In this document: in pieces, positions 30,588-40,427 of the stretch
How positions within the stretch are numbered: the first letter of the stretch is position 1
Layout: every line of letters begins with the position of its first letter
Source: an uncultured Nitrospiraceae bacterium
GTDB taxonomy: Bacteria; Nitrospirota; Thermodesulfovibrionia; Thermodesulfovibrionales; Dissulfurispiraceae
Direction: 5' to 3'
Length of the DNA stretch: 64,000 nucleotides
Assembly: GCA_963705105.1 (NCBI GenBank)
Contig: CAVPIW010000012.1
Coordinates: forward strand, 362,949-426,948
The notes under the pieces: generated by a model
Told to the model about the DNA's origin: nothing
Database searches by the model: none
Seen by the model: the letters and a program-made list of their open reading frames with translations, nothing else
Made by a program: the position numbers and the translations under genes

Positions 30588-32939
30588 TCACCGTGCCTGC
30601 CTCTCAGCCTGCTGCATCCGGGCCAATTTCCCCCTTGCCCTGCTCTCGCCCGGATCGATCATCAGCACCTTCCTGTACTGCTCCGCCGCACGGTAAGAAA
30701 TGCCCGCTTTTTCATAGATCTCCCCCAGGGCCATCTTGATCCCGATATCCTCCGGCAGGACCTCTTCGGCTTTTCGCATCACCGCAAGGGCGTCGTCATA
30801 CATTCCCCTTTTCACGAAGTACTGGCCGGCCGTGTGGAAATCGGAGGGATTCACGGTCTTTTCATCCCTGCCATGCTCGACGGCGGAGCGAAATTCAAAG
30901 GCGGCCATGCCGTTGTTGCCTGTCTGGTGCAGATAATCGGCGAAGATGATGCGGGGCCGGACCATATCGGGCAGGGCCGTCCGTATCTCGGCGTCCGACC
31001 AACCGTACAAGACGAGAAGCGCGACATAGTCCCTCGTTTTGTCGGGCTCCAGCGCTATCGCCTTCCGCATGTATTCCGCGCCCTGCTCCTTCTTTCCTGA
31101 TGAGATCAACCACGATGCATAGGTTTTGTAGCGGACGGGGTTGCTCCTGTCACAGGCGATGCCGCTCCTGAGCAGGCCGTCGGCCTCACCGCCCCTGCCA
31201 AGAGCCGACAGGGCGAGACCCAATGCCTGAAGATTCCCGCCGTTGACCGGGTCCCGCCGCACGGCCTTCCTGTATGACTCCAGGGCACCTTCTCTCTCTG
31301 ACAGAAGCCACTCCGCACGCGCCGCTTCATGATAGCCCCCAGCATTCAAGGGGTCCCAAAAGGAGGCCCGGCGCGCGACATGTCTCCTCTGATCGAGTTC
31401 CGCCTTCGGGGTCTGCGCATTGACGCTTTTCCCCTTTAACGACGAAAGACCGTGTCGCGCCACGGCGTCGCCCGTGTCGTAGATGACGCTCAGAAACAGG
31501 ACGGCGGTGGCGGCGAAAATCAGCCCTTTCGTCACGGGCAGTTTCGGGAGGAGCAACGTGTCCGCCCTTCCTTCCCGCAGCCTCGTATGCGCGGCGGACA
31601 CGGCGAGTCCGGCCAGAAAGGTGAAATACAGGGCATTTGCGCCGATGTGGAGGTTGAAATCGGTGACGCTGTAAATGATCATCGACAGGATGCCCGTCAC
31701 CGCCCCGGTGTAGATGACGACGGAATAGCGTCCCCGTCTCCCGATGAATGACCGGTATGACTTCCGGAGCACAACGGCCAGAAAAGCCGCCGCAAGCAGC
31801 ACGGAGATACACCCTCCCTCCGATAAGAGTTCCAGATAATCATTATGGGCATGGTCGACAAACCACCCGGAGGACAGGGAGCTGTATCTCGGAAAGACAT
31901 GGGCATAACTGCCCAGTCCCGTTCCGGTCAGGGGAAAATCCCTGATCACGCCGAAGGAGTCTTTCCATATCTCCAGCCTTGCCTCGGTGATGTTGCCGTT
32001 GACGTCCCTGAGGGCCTCGAAACGATCGAAGATCCTGTCCCATCCGAGCCATCCGACAGAGTAGAATGCGAGCGTCACGATGAGGGCGACGGGGATCCAT
32101 CCCTTCCCTCTGTTTCTCAGCGCTGCGGCGAGGAAGATCATCGAGATGCAGAGGCTTATGATGCCTCCCTTCGAGAGACTCACAAACACGGATGCGGAGA
32201 CCAGGAGCGCCGCAGACCCGAGGAGGATGTGGACATTCGTCATGGGGGAGCTGAAGACCTCGACGACCCGTTCCCTGAGAGACCGGCAGGAGTAGCGCGG
32301 CCTGTAATAGATGAAGAGGCAGACGATCAGGGGCAGCACCATGCCGGCGAAACCGGCGTAGTGATTACGGTTGACATACGGGCCGAAGGGTCGTCCACCC
32401 ATGGTCAATTCCCTGAGCCAGTATATCTTGTTGTTCCACAGGACATGCTGAAGCATGCTGAAGAGGGCGAGGACCGATGCGAAGACGACGACGATCCAGA
32501 CGGTCTTCTTCAGCAGGTCCTTTTTCGCCAGCACATGGACAGTCACCACATAAAACGCGGCCAGTGCAGCGGTTTTGAGAAATTCCGACACCGTCGCTTT
32601 CATGTTGACAGAGACGGACCCCCATGCATGGGGATCAGCGGCCCACAGTGTCTCCCTGTAGAGGTCGTATGCGCCGGGAGAGACAACCTTGAGGAGAAAG
32701 GGCGGCAAGGGCACGAGCTGAAGAAGGATATACCCCAGAAAGAGCGACAGGGGGACGAGTCCCGGGACCTCGTGGAGGAAGGGTTCCTCGTCCTTCCTCT
32801 TCCCGATCAGGAGGAGCACGAAGGCAAGAAGGGCCAGCGATTTTACCACCGCCCAGGACCATGGTTCAACGGTCCCGAAGGCGAGGGGCGAAAAGATCAG
32901 GAGGAACACAAAAATGGGGAAGATCAACGGTGTCGCCAT
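30588..32939 (-). CDS. O-antigen ligase-family membrane protein with C-terminal TPRs
   Basis: NRNHYAG, RLEIW, TGTGLGS, HAHNDYL; helical TPR-like C-terminus. Confidence 0.85.
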   Translation of the reverse strand: MATPLIFPIFVFLLIFSPLAFGTVEPWSWAVVKSLALLAFVLLLIGKRKDEEPFLHEVPGLVPLSLFLGYILLQLVPLPPFLLKVVSPGAYDLYRETLWAADPHAWGSVSVNMKATVSEFLKTAALAAFYVVTVHVLAKKDLLKKTVWIVVVFASVLALFSMLQHVLWNNKIYWLRELTMGGRPFGPYVNRNHYAGFAGMVLPLIVCLFIYYRPRYSCRSLRERVVEVFSSPMTNVHILLGSAALLVSASVFVSLSKGGIISLCISMIFLAAALRNRGKGWIPVALIVTLAFYSVGWLGWDRIFDRFEALRDVNGNITEARLEIWKDSFGVIRDFPLTGTGLGSYAHVFPRYSSLSSGWFVDHAHNDYLELLSEGGCISVLLAAAFLAVVLRKSYRSFIGRRGRYSVVIYTGAVTGILSMIIYSVTDFNLHIGANALYFTFLAGLAVSAAHTRLREGRADTLLLPKLPVTKGLIFAATAVLFLSVIYDTGDAVARHGLSSLKGKSVNAQTPKAELDQRRHVARRASFWDPLNAGGYHEAARAEWLLSEREGALESYRKAVRRDPVNGGNLQALGLALSALGRGGEADGLLRSGIACDRSNPVRYKTYASWLISSGKKEQGAEYMRKAIALEPDKTRDYVALLVLYGWSDAEIRTALPDMVRPRIIFADYLHQTGNNGMAAFEFRSAVEHGRDEKTVNPSDFHTAGQYFVKRGMYDDALAVMRKAEEVLPEDIGIKMALGEIYEKAGISYRAAEQYRKVLMIDPGESRARGKLARMQQAERQAR

Positions 32940-32989
32940 GGGGAGTCCACCTCATTGCTGCGTGAAAAGGGAAAACGGTAACACCTGTT

Positions 32990-33175
32990 GTTGCATGAAA
33001 CGGCGGGGCGACGCGCTCTGAAAACAGTGTCAGTGTGAGTGTGAGTGTCAGTGTCGGAAAAGATGTCCAATTCTCCTGACATCGGCTTATGCCTCGTCTT
33101 TCGTTTTGATACAGGTGTCGCCGCAGCAAGGTTTTCGGCGCATACGCCCCACCTTCCGGTCGGGAGTATGCGACA
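32990..33175. repeat. Family A element (hexamer subtype)
   Basis: Matches 1434-1606 and 61424-61616 with a different hexamer count. Confidence 0.88.
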
Positions 33176-33213
33176 GTGTATGCGTCAGTGGCCGTAAAAG
33201 GACATTTCCTGTT

Positions 33214-35412
33214 TCACGCGGCTTTGTCACGGTTTTCTTCTCCATAGCCGTAGCCGTAACCGTAATACCGTGAATAGTAGTCGTTCTTCTTGACGTCGAG
33301 CCCGTTGATCACGATGCCCAGCACGCGGGAATCCGTGCCCTGCAGGGACTTCAATGCCCTGCCGACGCCTTCGTATGTCGTATATCCCGCCTTCGTCACG
33401 AGAATGGTCCCGTCAAGGTTCGTGCTCAGGATGAGGCTGTCCGTCACGGTCATAAGCGGCGTCGTATCCCAGATGATGAAATCGAATCTCCCTTTCAGCG
33501 TCTCGATGAGCGTGCGCATGGTCGCGGAGCCGAGGAGCTCCGAGGGATTCGGGGGAATGGGGCCTGAAGGGATGACGCTGAGATGCGGGGCGATCTCATT
33601 GACGACGATGTCGATGTCCGAGGCGCCGGCGAGATAGGTGCTCAGCCCTTTTTCGTTATTCAGGCCGAATATCCTGTGGATGCGCGGTTTTCGCAGGTCG
33701 CCGTCGATGAGGAGGACCGAATGCTCAGCCTGCGCGATCGTCATCGCCAGGTTGACCGACGTGGCGGTCTTGCCTTCACCGGGCATGACGCTCGTGATGA
33801 GGACGTTCTTCGGCGGCGCTCCCCCGGAAGAAAGCAATACGGCGGTTCTCAGAATTTTATAGCTCTCCGCAAAGGCGGACCGGGGTTCCTTCATGCTGAT
33901 CTCTTCAATGCCTGTCCCCGGCGACTTCAGGAGAGTGACGACACCGAGCACGGGAACGCCGAATTTCGCCTCCATCTCTTCAACGGACTTGACGGTATTG
34001 TCGAGGTGGTCCACGAGGAAGGCGATGCCGATGCCACCGAAGAGTCCGATCAGGAGGCCGATCAGGAGGTTACGGGCCTTGTCCGGCTTCGCAGGTGCCC
34101 CGGGCGTCTCGGCCTTCTCGACGACCCAAACGTTGACCGTCCGGATGTCCTGCGTGATATCCTGTTCCTTGATCTTCTTGATGATGGCATCGAAGAGCTG
34201 CCGGCTCGTTTCGGCTTCCCTCTTCAGGGCTTCATACTGGACAAATTTCTCGTTGAGATTCAGGGTCTCCTGCTTCGTCTGCGCCGCCATCCTCCGGAAA
34301 TTCGCCTCATTCGCCTTTGCAAGCTCATACTCGTTCCTGATCGACTCAACGACCCTTCTGATCTCCTGTTCCCTCTTCTCCTTCAACACCTTCAGGTCGG
34401 CCTGGGCCGTGACCATTGTGGGGTGCTTCGATCCGAATTTCTTTGACAGCTCGCTCATGTTCTGTTCCGCCTTGAGTATCTGCACCCGCAGGGCCTGGAC
34501 CGTCGGATCGGAGGAGATCGCCGGTATCGTCTCTGCCTTTTCGGGGTTCTGCGTCACTTCCCTGACCTTTTCATAGTGGGACTCCAGCTCTTTTCTCCTC
34601 GTCTCCGCCGCTGCTATCTTCGTGGCAACCTCGGACAGCTTTTCCGGGACCATGGTGATCCTGTTTTCGAGGGTCACGATGTCCTTCGTCCTCATGTACT
34701 CCTGAAGCGCCTTTTCCGATCTCTGGAGCTTCGTTTTCTCCTCTTCAGCCTTTTCCGTGAGCCACTTCATGGCATTCCGCGACGAGATCATCTTCATGTC
34801 CAGGAGGTCTTCGATGTAAGCCTTTGCGACGGAATTCGCGATGAGGGCGGCAAATTCCGGGTTGGCGGACATGTACCCGATGTGCACCAGCTTGCTGTTC
34901 TTGACGGGAGTCACGATAATGGACGCGCTGATCGTCCGCGCAACGGCGTCCGCCTTCTCTTCAAGCTCCTTTTCGGATTCCATCCCGGCGACGGACCCGC
35001 CTTCGGGCTTTGCCCCGCCGGTGACGTTCCGGACGACGGCATAGGCATCCCGGAACCACCCGATGGTCCCGCCGACGAGGCCCTTTTTTTCGCCTTTGAG
35101 GTATGCATCGTTGTTCCTGTCGAGGGAGAGCATCTTCACGACCTTTCTGGCGACGGATGTGCTCCTGATGAGCTGGTACTGGGTCTCGTAGAAGTCCGGG
35201 TCATAGGGCATGTAATACATGTTCATCATGCCGATGTTGTTCGGCTCGGCCTTTTCGATCAGCACCTTCGTCGTCGCCAGATAGAGGGGCGTCGCGGAAA
35301 AAGTCACGATCAGGGTCATAACGAACACCACCGCGAAAAAGGCGCACACGGTCTGTTTTCTCTTGGTGACGATTCTCAGGTATTCCCGTAAATGAATGTC
35401 TTTGTCTTCCAT
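33214..35412 (-). CDS. wzc: Polysaccharide co-polymerase / tyrosine autokinase
   Basis: Two TM segments, coiled-coil periplasmic part, GEGKT, IDGDLRKP, DTTP, terminal YYSRYYGYGYGY. Confidence 0.93.
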   Translation of the reverse strand: MEDKDIHLREYLRIVTKRKQTVCAFFAVVFVMTLIVTFSATPLYLATTKVLIEKAEPNNIGMMNMYYMPYDPDFYETQYQLIRSTSVARKVVKMLSLDRNNDAYLKGEKKGLVGGTIGWFRDAYAVVRNVTGGAKPEGGSVAGMESEKELEEKADAVARTISASIIVTPVKNSKLVHIGYMSANPEFAALIANSVAKAYIEDLLDMKMISSRNAMKWLTEKAEEEKTKLQRSEKALQEYMRTKDIVTLENRITMVPEKLSEVATKIAAAETRRKELESHYEKVREVTQNPEKAETIPAISSDPTVQALRVQILKAEQNMSELSKKFGSKHPTMVTAQADLKVLKEKREQEIRRVVESIRNEYELAKANEANFRRMAAQTKQETLNLNEKFVQYEALKREAETSRQLFDAIIKKIKEQDITQDIRTVNVWVVEKAETPGAPAKPDKARNLLIGLLIGLFGGIGIAFLVDHLDNTVKSVEEMEAKFGVPVLGVVTLLKSPGTGIEEISMKEPRSAFAESYKILRTAVLLSSGGAPPKNVLITSVMPGEGKTATSVNLAMTIAQAEHSVLLIDGDLRKPRIHRIFGLNNEKGLSTYLAGASDIDIVVNEIAPHLSVIPSGPIPPNPSELLGSATMRTLIETLKGRFDFIIWDTTPLMTVTDSLILSTNLDGTILVTKAGYTTYEGVGRALKSLQGTDSRVLGIVINGLDVKKNDYYSRYYGYGYGYGEENRDKAA

Positions 35413-35425
35413 GGGATTGTTCCGA

Positions 35426-36295
35426 TTACCAGAAACTTTCGGGGACGACGATGATGTCGTCAGGTAACACCGGCTCGTCCATTCCCGCTTTTTCGATGAT
35501 CCTCTCCTTTCCCCGGATTTTCCGGATGATTCTGATCCTGCCGGGCGCGGCCTTGTCGGTGAAGCCGCCTGCCATTGTGGCAGCCTTGATCACCGTGGCA
35601 CCCTCTTCATGCTTGTATGCCTCGGGTCTCTTCACCTCGCCGGTGACATAAAAGACCTCCGCCTTGCCGACATACACGCTGTCGCCGTCCATCAGGGGAA
35701 CGTCGGAAGACGTGTCGCCTTCTTCAAGGAGTTTCCTGAGATCGACGGTGATGATGCTGTCTGTTTTGTCTGAATTGACGGACTTCCTTTTGACGATGGC
35801 CCTGTCTCCGGCCTCCTTGGTGAGCCCGCCGGCCTTGGAGAGCAATTCGAGGAGACTGGTGTTTCCGCTGAGCGAGTAGACGCCCGGCCTGGTTATCTGT
35901 CCCATGATGATCGTCTTTTTGCTCCTGTATTCTTCGACGAAGACCGATACGTTCGGGTCCACGATATAGCCGTCCGCGAGATGGTCCGTCACCTTTTGGG
36001 CAATCTGAGACGTCGTCAGTCCCGAGACGTTGACGGCGCCGATGAGTGGCAGATTGATGAGCCCCTCGCCATTGACCCGCGCGACGGTCGTGAGGTCCTG
36101 ATGACCGTACACGGTTATTTTCACGATATCCTCCTTGCCGACGACATAATCCTGGGCGAAGGCGGCGGCGGTCCACGAGAGGAATGCGAGGGAGAAAAGG
36201 AGGATAATCCTGATCGCTGCGGGTACCACTGCGAAGGGAGGGGCGAAGCGGCTCAAAGTCATGCTGACAGTGGCAACAAGGGTAACCGGCTTCAT
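35426..36295 (-). CDS. wza: Polysaccharide export protein (OPX/Wza family, SLBB repeats)
   Basis: YVVGKED, GLINLPLIG, GQITRPG, GEVKRP, AGG motifs. Confidence 0.88.
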   Translation of the reverse strand: MKPVTLVATVSMTLSRFAPPFAVVPAAIRIILLFSLAFLSWTAAAFAQDYVVGKEDIVKITVYGHQDLTTVARVNGEGLINLPLIGAVNVSGLTTSQIAQKVTDHLADGYIVDPNVSVFVEEYRSKKTIIMGQITRPGVYSLSGNTSLLELLSKAGGLTKEAGDRAIVKRKSVNSDKTDSIITVDLRKLLEEGDTSSDVPLMDGDSVYVGKAEVFYVTGEVKRPEAYKHEEGATVIKAATMAGGFTDKAAPGRIRIIRKIRGKERIIEKAGMDEPVLPDDIIVVPESFW

Positions 36296-37840
36296 TCAGA
36301 TCGCCCCCTTGATGTTGAATACGACGGTGTTCGACTGGTAGTCGAAGGCGGGGATATTCGATTTCCTCGTCGCGAAGGCATAGGAGATGCCGGCCTTCAG
36401 CCCTTTCCTGAACCAGTAGTCTATGCCGGCCGATGCCTCGTAATAATTGTCGGTCCTCTTTTCCGTCTTTCCGTCGAAGGTCAGCGGCTGGCCGTATTTC
36501 TGGTTGGTGTACGAGAAGGATGCCCATCCGGTCACCCTGGAGCTCACCATGTGCTGAAAATTGACGACGGCGCCGCGGTCCATCGTATAAAAGGCGGCAG
36601 GGATATTCGTTTCGCTGGTCTGTCCGAAGGCCGTCAATGAAACCGACGCCTTCGGGCTGAACCTGTGCTCGACTTTCGCTTCATAGATGAAATCATTTGT
36701 CGAGAAATCAGCAAAATCCTTCTTCCCCCATCCTGCCTTGACAGCCCCCCTGGTTTTGGCCGTCACATCCCAGTCAAAACCGCCCAGGAGAGCGTGCTCC
36801 CTGCTGTTCGTCACGCTGTTGTCCGTATACTTGATATCGGTAAATGTGTATTGAGTGAAGAGTGCCGTCCTGGGCCACAGCCTGTAAAAGACATAGGCGG
36901 AAAAGAAATTGTCATCACGGTTCAGCCTGTCATTCCTGTCGGCATCGTAGCGGAGCAGGAAATTGGAATAGTCGACACGGAGGCGCAGCCTGCTGCCGGT
37001 GTCGAGAGAAGCCGACAGGTACAGGAGATTCCCTCTGAACCTGTCCACCTCTCCTCCCGAGAGGACCGAGTCCAGCCTCTCGTAAGACCTGCTGAACTCG
37101 TCGTTCAGCGAAAGGGTCAGGCCGAAGGGGAAGCGATAGGCGATTCCGCCGTTCACGTTGTGGGTGACCGTATTGCCGGAAGGGGAAGTCTCCGAGTGCT
37201 GAGGGATGTCCGCCTGGTAGTGCAGGAACGCGCGATAGCGCCTCGTCCCTTCCTCTCCCTCCCTGCCCAGCAACAGTCCTCCGGGGGAGCGAGTCGAGAT
37301 AGGGTCGAGTCCTTTCGGTCTCTGATTGAGACCGGGCAGGGCGAACCATATTTCCGGGGAGAGTATCATGCTGAAGTCGCTCTTCTTGTCCACATTGGTG
37401 TTGAATGCGTTATCCGTATACACTCCCGAGAGTCCGAGGCCGGCATGGACATATCCCGCCTTTCCCGGCAGCAGGTCCTTCCATGTCGCCGGTCTTCCCT
37501 CGGGCTTCACCAGCCCGGGAGGCAGTCCCGCGTCAGTCCGGGCCGCTCCTTTCGGAGATTCTTCATGGACGATCACGAAGACCCCGTAAACCGTTCTGCC
37601 ATCTTCCGTTTCATATGCGCGGACAAGCGTTTCGAACCCGCTGCTCCTGATCTTCTCGGCGAGGTTTTCCGCGTCCTCTCTCACCGCGAGAACGGAGATT
37701 GCGACTTCACTGACGGGTTCCTCGTCGGCCCGTTCCCTTTCGGCAGGCTGGCCTCCCGGGCCCCCCTCATCTCCGGCAAAACATGCCATGGAGAAAAACA
37801 GGGAGAAGACTGTGATAAGGACAAGGAGCCATTGTCGCAT
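36296..37840 (-). CDS. EPS-associated outer-membrane beta-barrel protein with possible N-terminal SPOR-like domain
   Basis: Signal peptide; YTDNAF...SDF...SPE; alternating beta-strand pattern; sits next to wza. Confidence 0.72.
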   Translation of the reverse strand: MRQWLLVLITVFSLFFSMACFAGDEGGPGGQPAERERADEEPVSEVAISVLAVREDAENLAEKIRSSGFETLVRAYETEDGRTVYGVFVIVHEESPKGAARTDAGLPPGLVKPEGRPATWKDLLPGKAGYVHAGLGLSGVYTDNAFNTNVDKKSDFSMILSPEIWFALPGLNQRPKGLDPISTRSPGGLLLGREGEEGTRRYRAFLHYQADIPQHSETSPSGNTVTHNVNGGIAYRFPFGLTLSLNDEFSRSYERLDSVLSGGEVDRFRGNLLYLSASLDTGSRLRLRVDYSNFLLRYDADRNDRLNRDDNFFSAYVFYRLWPRTALFTQYTFTDIKYTDNSVTNSREHALLGGFDWDVTAKTRGAVKAGWGKKDFADFSTNDFIYEAKVEHRFSPKASVSLTAFGQTSETNIPAAFYTMDRGAVVNFQHMVSSRVTGWASFSYTNQKYGQPLTFDGKTEKRTDNYYEASAGIDYWFRKGLKAGISYAFATRKSNIPAFDYQSNTVVFNIKGAI

Positions 37841-37891
37841 TATCGTTCACGATCACTGGTGTCCGAAATAATCTGACACGAGGAGTTCTCG

Positions 37892-39133
37892 TCAAAATCC
37901 GTTCATGTATATATTTCTGTCCAGCCGTTCCTCGTCCGCCGCGGCGAATGTCAGTACCGGCTGAGAGAGCGGGACGGGGCCATCATTCACCGCGGTGCGA
38001 CCGATGCGCGGCGCGTACCCGCCGGCAGGCTCGGCGCCGATCGTCGCGCTTCTCTGCGTATCGTTTGCGCCATGACAGGGACGTCCCCGTCCCGGCAGCC
38101 GCTCAGCCAGGAACGAAAGCCCGAGGTGTGCGACGAAATAGGCGGAGAAGGCCAGGAAGAGGATATGTTCCGGGATCCGGAAGATGACGCCCGCAATGGC
38201 CAGGATACAAAAGATGCACGAGAGCGTGAGGATGACGGCGACGGAACCCTGTGTCCCAAGACCCATCCTGAGAAGGGTGTGATGGATGTGGTTCCTGTCG
38301 GCGTGAAAGGGGTTTCTCCTTGCGGCGATCCTCTTCAGGATGACCGTTAATGCGTCCGTGACGGGTACGGCGAGGACGAGCAGGGGGATAACAGGACGCA
38401 CAACGCCCTGAGCACCCTGCGTGACGGCAATGGATACGAAAGCGGCCGTAAAACCGAGAAAGAGGCTGCCCGTATCTCCCATAAAGAGGCGGGCCGGGTG
38501 CCAGTTGTAGCGGAGAAAACCGATGATGGCGCCGCTCATGGCGACACTCAGCAGCATCAGGGCGGGATGACCGCTCAAGGCTGATATGCAGGCAAATGAG
38601 AGGAATGCGGTCAGGGAGACGCCCCCGGCGAGGCCGTCCATACCGTCCATCATGTTGAATGCGTTTGCGATCCCGACGATGCAGAAAACGGTGACGGGAA
38701 TCGAATAATCATGGAAATCGATGGAGCCGAGGGACAGGAGATCGCCGAAGGTGAAGAGGTATATGCCGCTCCAATACACGATCATGAGGGCCGCCGCCAT
38801 CTCCCCCGCGAGCTTCCACCAATGATTCAGCTCCTTCCAGTCGTCGAGAAAACCGATGATGAGGATCGTGATCATGCCTGCGAGCAGTCCCGCGACGCGG
38901 CTCAGGCCGATGCAGACGGCAACGCTCAGGAAAAAGCCAAGGGCCATCCCGACGCCGCCGACGAAGGGTTTCGATGTCCCGTGCCGCTTCCGGCGGGAAG
39001 GCCGGTCGACGAGACCGCAGCGGACCGCCGCCCGTGAGAGCTGCGGCAGGGACAGGCAGGCGACCGATAGTGCAAGGACAAAGGCCAGGTTCATCAGGGA
39101 CGGTTCGATGACAGCCAGTTCAGTCACTTTCAT
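37892..39133 (-). CDS. wecA: Undecaprenyl-phosphate GlcNAc-1-phosphate transferase (MraY/WecA family)
   Basis: GFLDD, NAFNMMDGMDGL, LFMGDTGS, ADRNHIHH. Confidence 0.88.
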   Translation of the reverse strand: MKVTELAVIEPSLMNLAFVLALSVACLSLPQLSRAAVRCGLVDRPSRRKRHGTSKPFVGGVGMALGFFLSVAVCIGLSRVAGLLAGMITILIIGFLDDWKELNHWWKLAGEMAAALMIVYWSGIYLFTFGDLLSLGSIDFHDYSIPVTVFCIVGIANAFNMMDGMDGLAGGVSLTAFLSFACISALSGHPALMLLSVAMSGAIIGFLRYNWHPARLFMGDTGSLFLGFTAAFVSIAVTQGAQGVVRPVIPLLVLAVPVTDALTVILKRIAARRNPFHADRNHIHHTLLRMGLGTQGSVAVILTLSCIFCILAIAGVIFRIPEHILFLAFSAYFVAHLGLSFLAERLPGRGRPCHGANDTQRSATIGAEPAGGYAPRIGRTAVNDGPVPLSQPVLTFAAADEERLDRNIYMNGF

Positions 39134-40034
39134 CGGACGCTCCTGTCTGCTGCAGAAACTCCCGATTCTTGCAACATCGTCATCGCCGTCTTCTCGCGGG
39201 CCATTCTTTGCGCCATTATTCTCATCAGGAATGCCGGGTTGGAGATGAAGTTCCTTCTCCACAGCCTCCGGGGCTCACCGAGCAGGCGGACCAGCCATTC
39301 CATGCCTATTTTGCAGAAGAGGGGGTGCGGCCTCTTCACGTTGCCCGAATAAAAATCGAACACGGCCCCGACGGCCCCGATGAACTTCACGTTTAATTCT
39401 CCCTGTGCCGGTATATCCATTTTTCCTGTTTCGGCGCCGTCATCCCCACCCAGAGCACATCAGGGGCTGCGCGGTTAATCGCATCCACCATCAGGCCGTT
39501 CTCCCCGTCACTGAACCCGGGAGAGAAGGGGGGGGCATAGACGCCGGCGACACGGATACGGGGAAAGTCGGACCTCATCTTTTGGCAAATCTTCCGGAGG
39601 TTTTCATCGGTGGAACCGAGGAAAAAATACGTGTAATCCCCGCCCTGATTCAATGCGGAACTCAGTCCCTGGAAGATGTCACTCCCAGTCACCCGTTGGC
39701 GGATGACGCCGCCGAGGAGAGCTGAAGCGATGACGACGCCGATGCCGTCAGGCACGGTCAGGGACGCCGCCCTGAGGGCAGCACGGAACAGGGTGTCTGT
39801 TCGGGCGACTTCCAGAGAGTGCGGGTTGGCGCAGACGAAATACCTCCCCGTTTCATTGCTCCGGACCCGGCGGACAATTTCTGCGACACAGTCATCCTTC
39901 GACCCTGTCGATATTGTATATCCGAGGATGTCTTCCGTCGTGATACCGCCTGTGGTGGCGGATCTTTCCTTGTATTTTTTTCCGGTCATATCGTCAGCAC
40001 TGATTTCGTGCATCCTTTCATCCACAATTGGCAT
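39130..40034 (-). CDS. WecB/TagA/CpsF glycosyltransferase split by an apparent -1 frameshift near 39402
   Basis: ANPH, PDGIG, RVTGSD, GMTAPKQEKW in one frame; GAVFDF...KR...GMEWLVRL..EPRRLWRR in the next; one added G gives HRGELNVKF. Confidence 0.87.
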
Positions 40035-40110
40035 GTTGCATTACTATTGTTATCGGTATATACATAGGGTGTCTTTAATTTCAGTGAATTCAGTCACAAG
40101 GGAGAAGTTT

Positions 40111-40427
40111 GGTGTGAGTGTCGGTGTCAGTTTCAGTGTCAGTGAGAGAAAAACACATTATTAGCGCAGTCGTCTGCAAAGCCTCAATCGGTATGCAATT
40201 CTGTCATTCCGGCTCGTCCGGAATCTTTCTGTGGGAAGGACTCCCGACAAGCGGGAGTGACAGAAAATAGGAACCATTTTGATTATCTCATTCCTTTGAG
40301 CTTCCTTTCACTCACACTCACACTCACACCTCTTTCGCCCCCGCCTTTCACTCGCACTCACACTCACACTCACACTGGTTCTTCACTTGACCTTCCTTTC
40401 ACTCACACTCGCACTCACACTCACACT
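40111..40427. repeat. Inverted hexamer arrays flanking a TGTC REP doublet (40202-40262)
   Basis: (A/G)GTGT(C/G) array at 40111-40146; three cctttcactc... CACACT blocks at 40304-40427. Confidence 0.8.
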
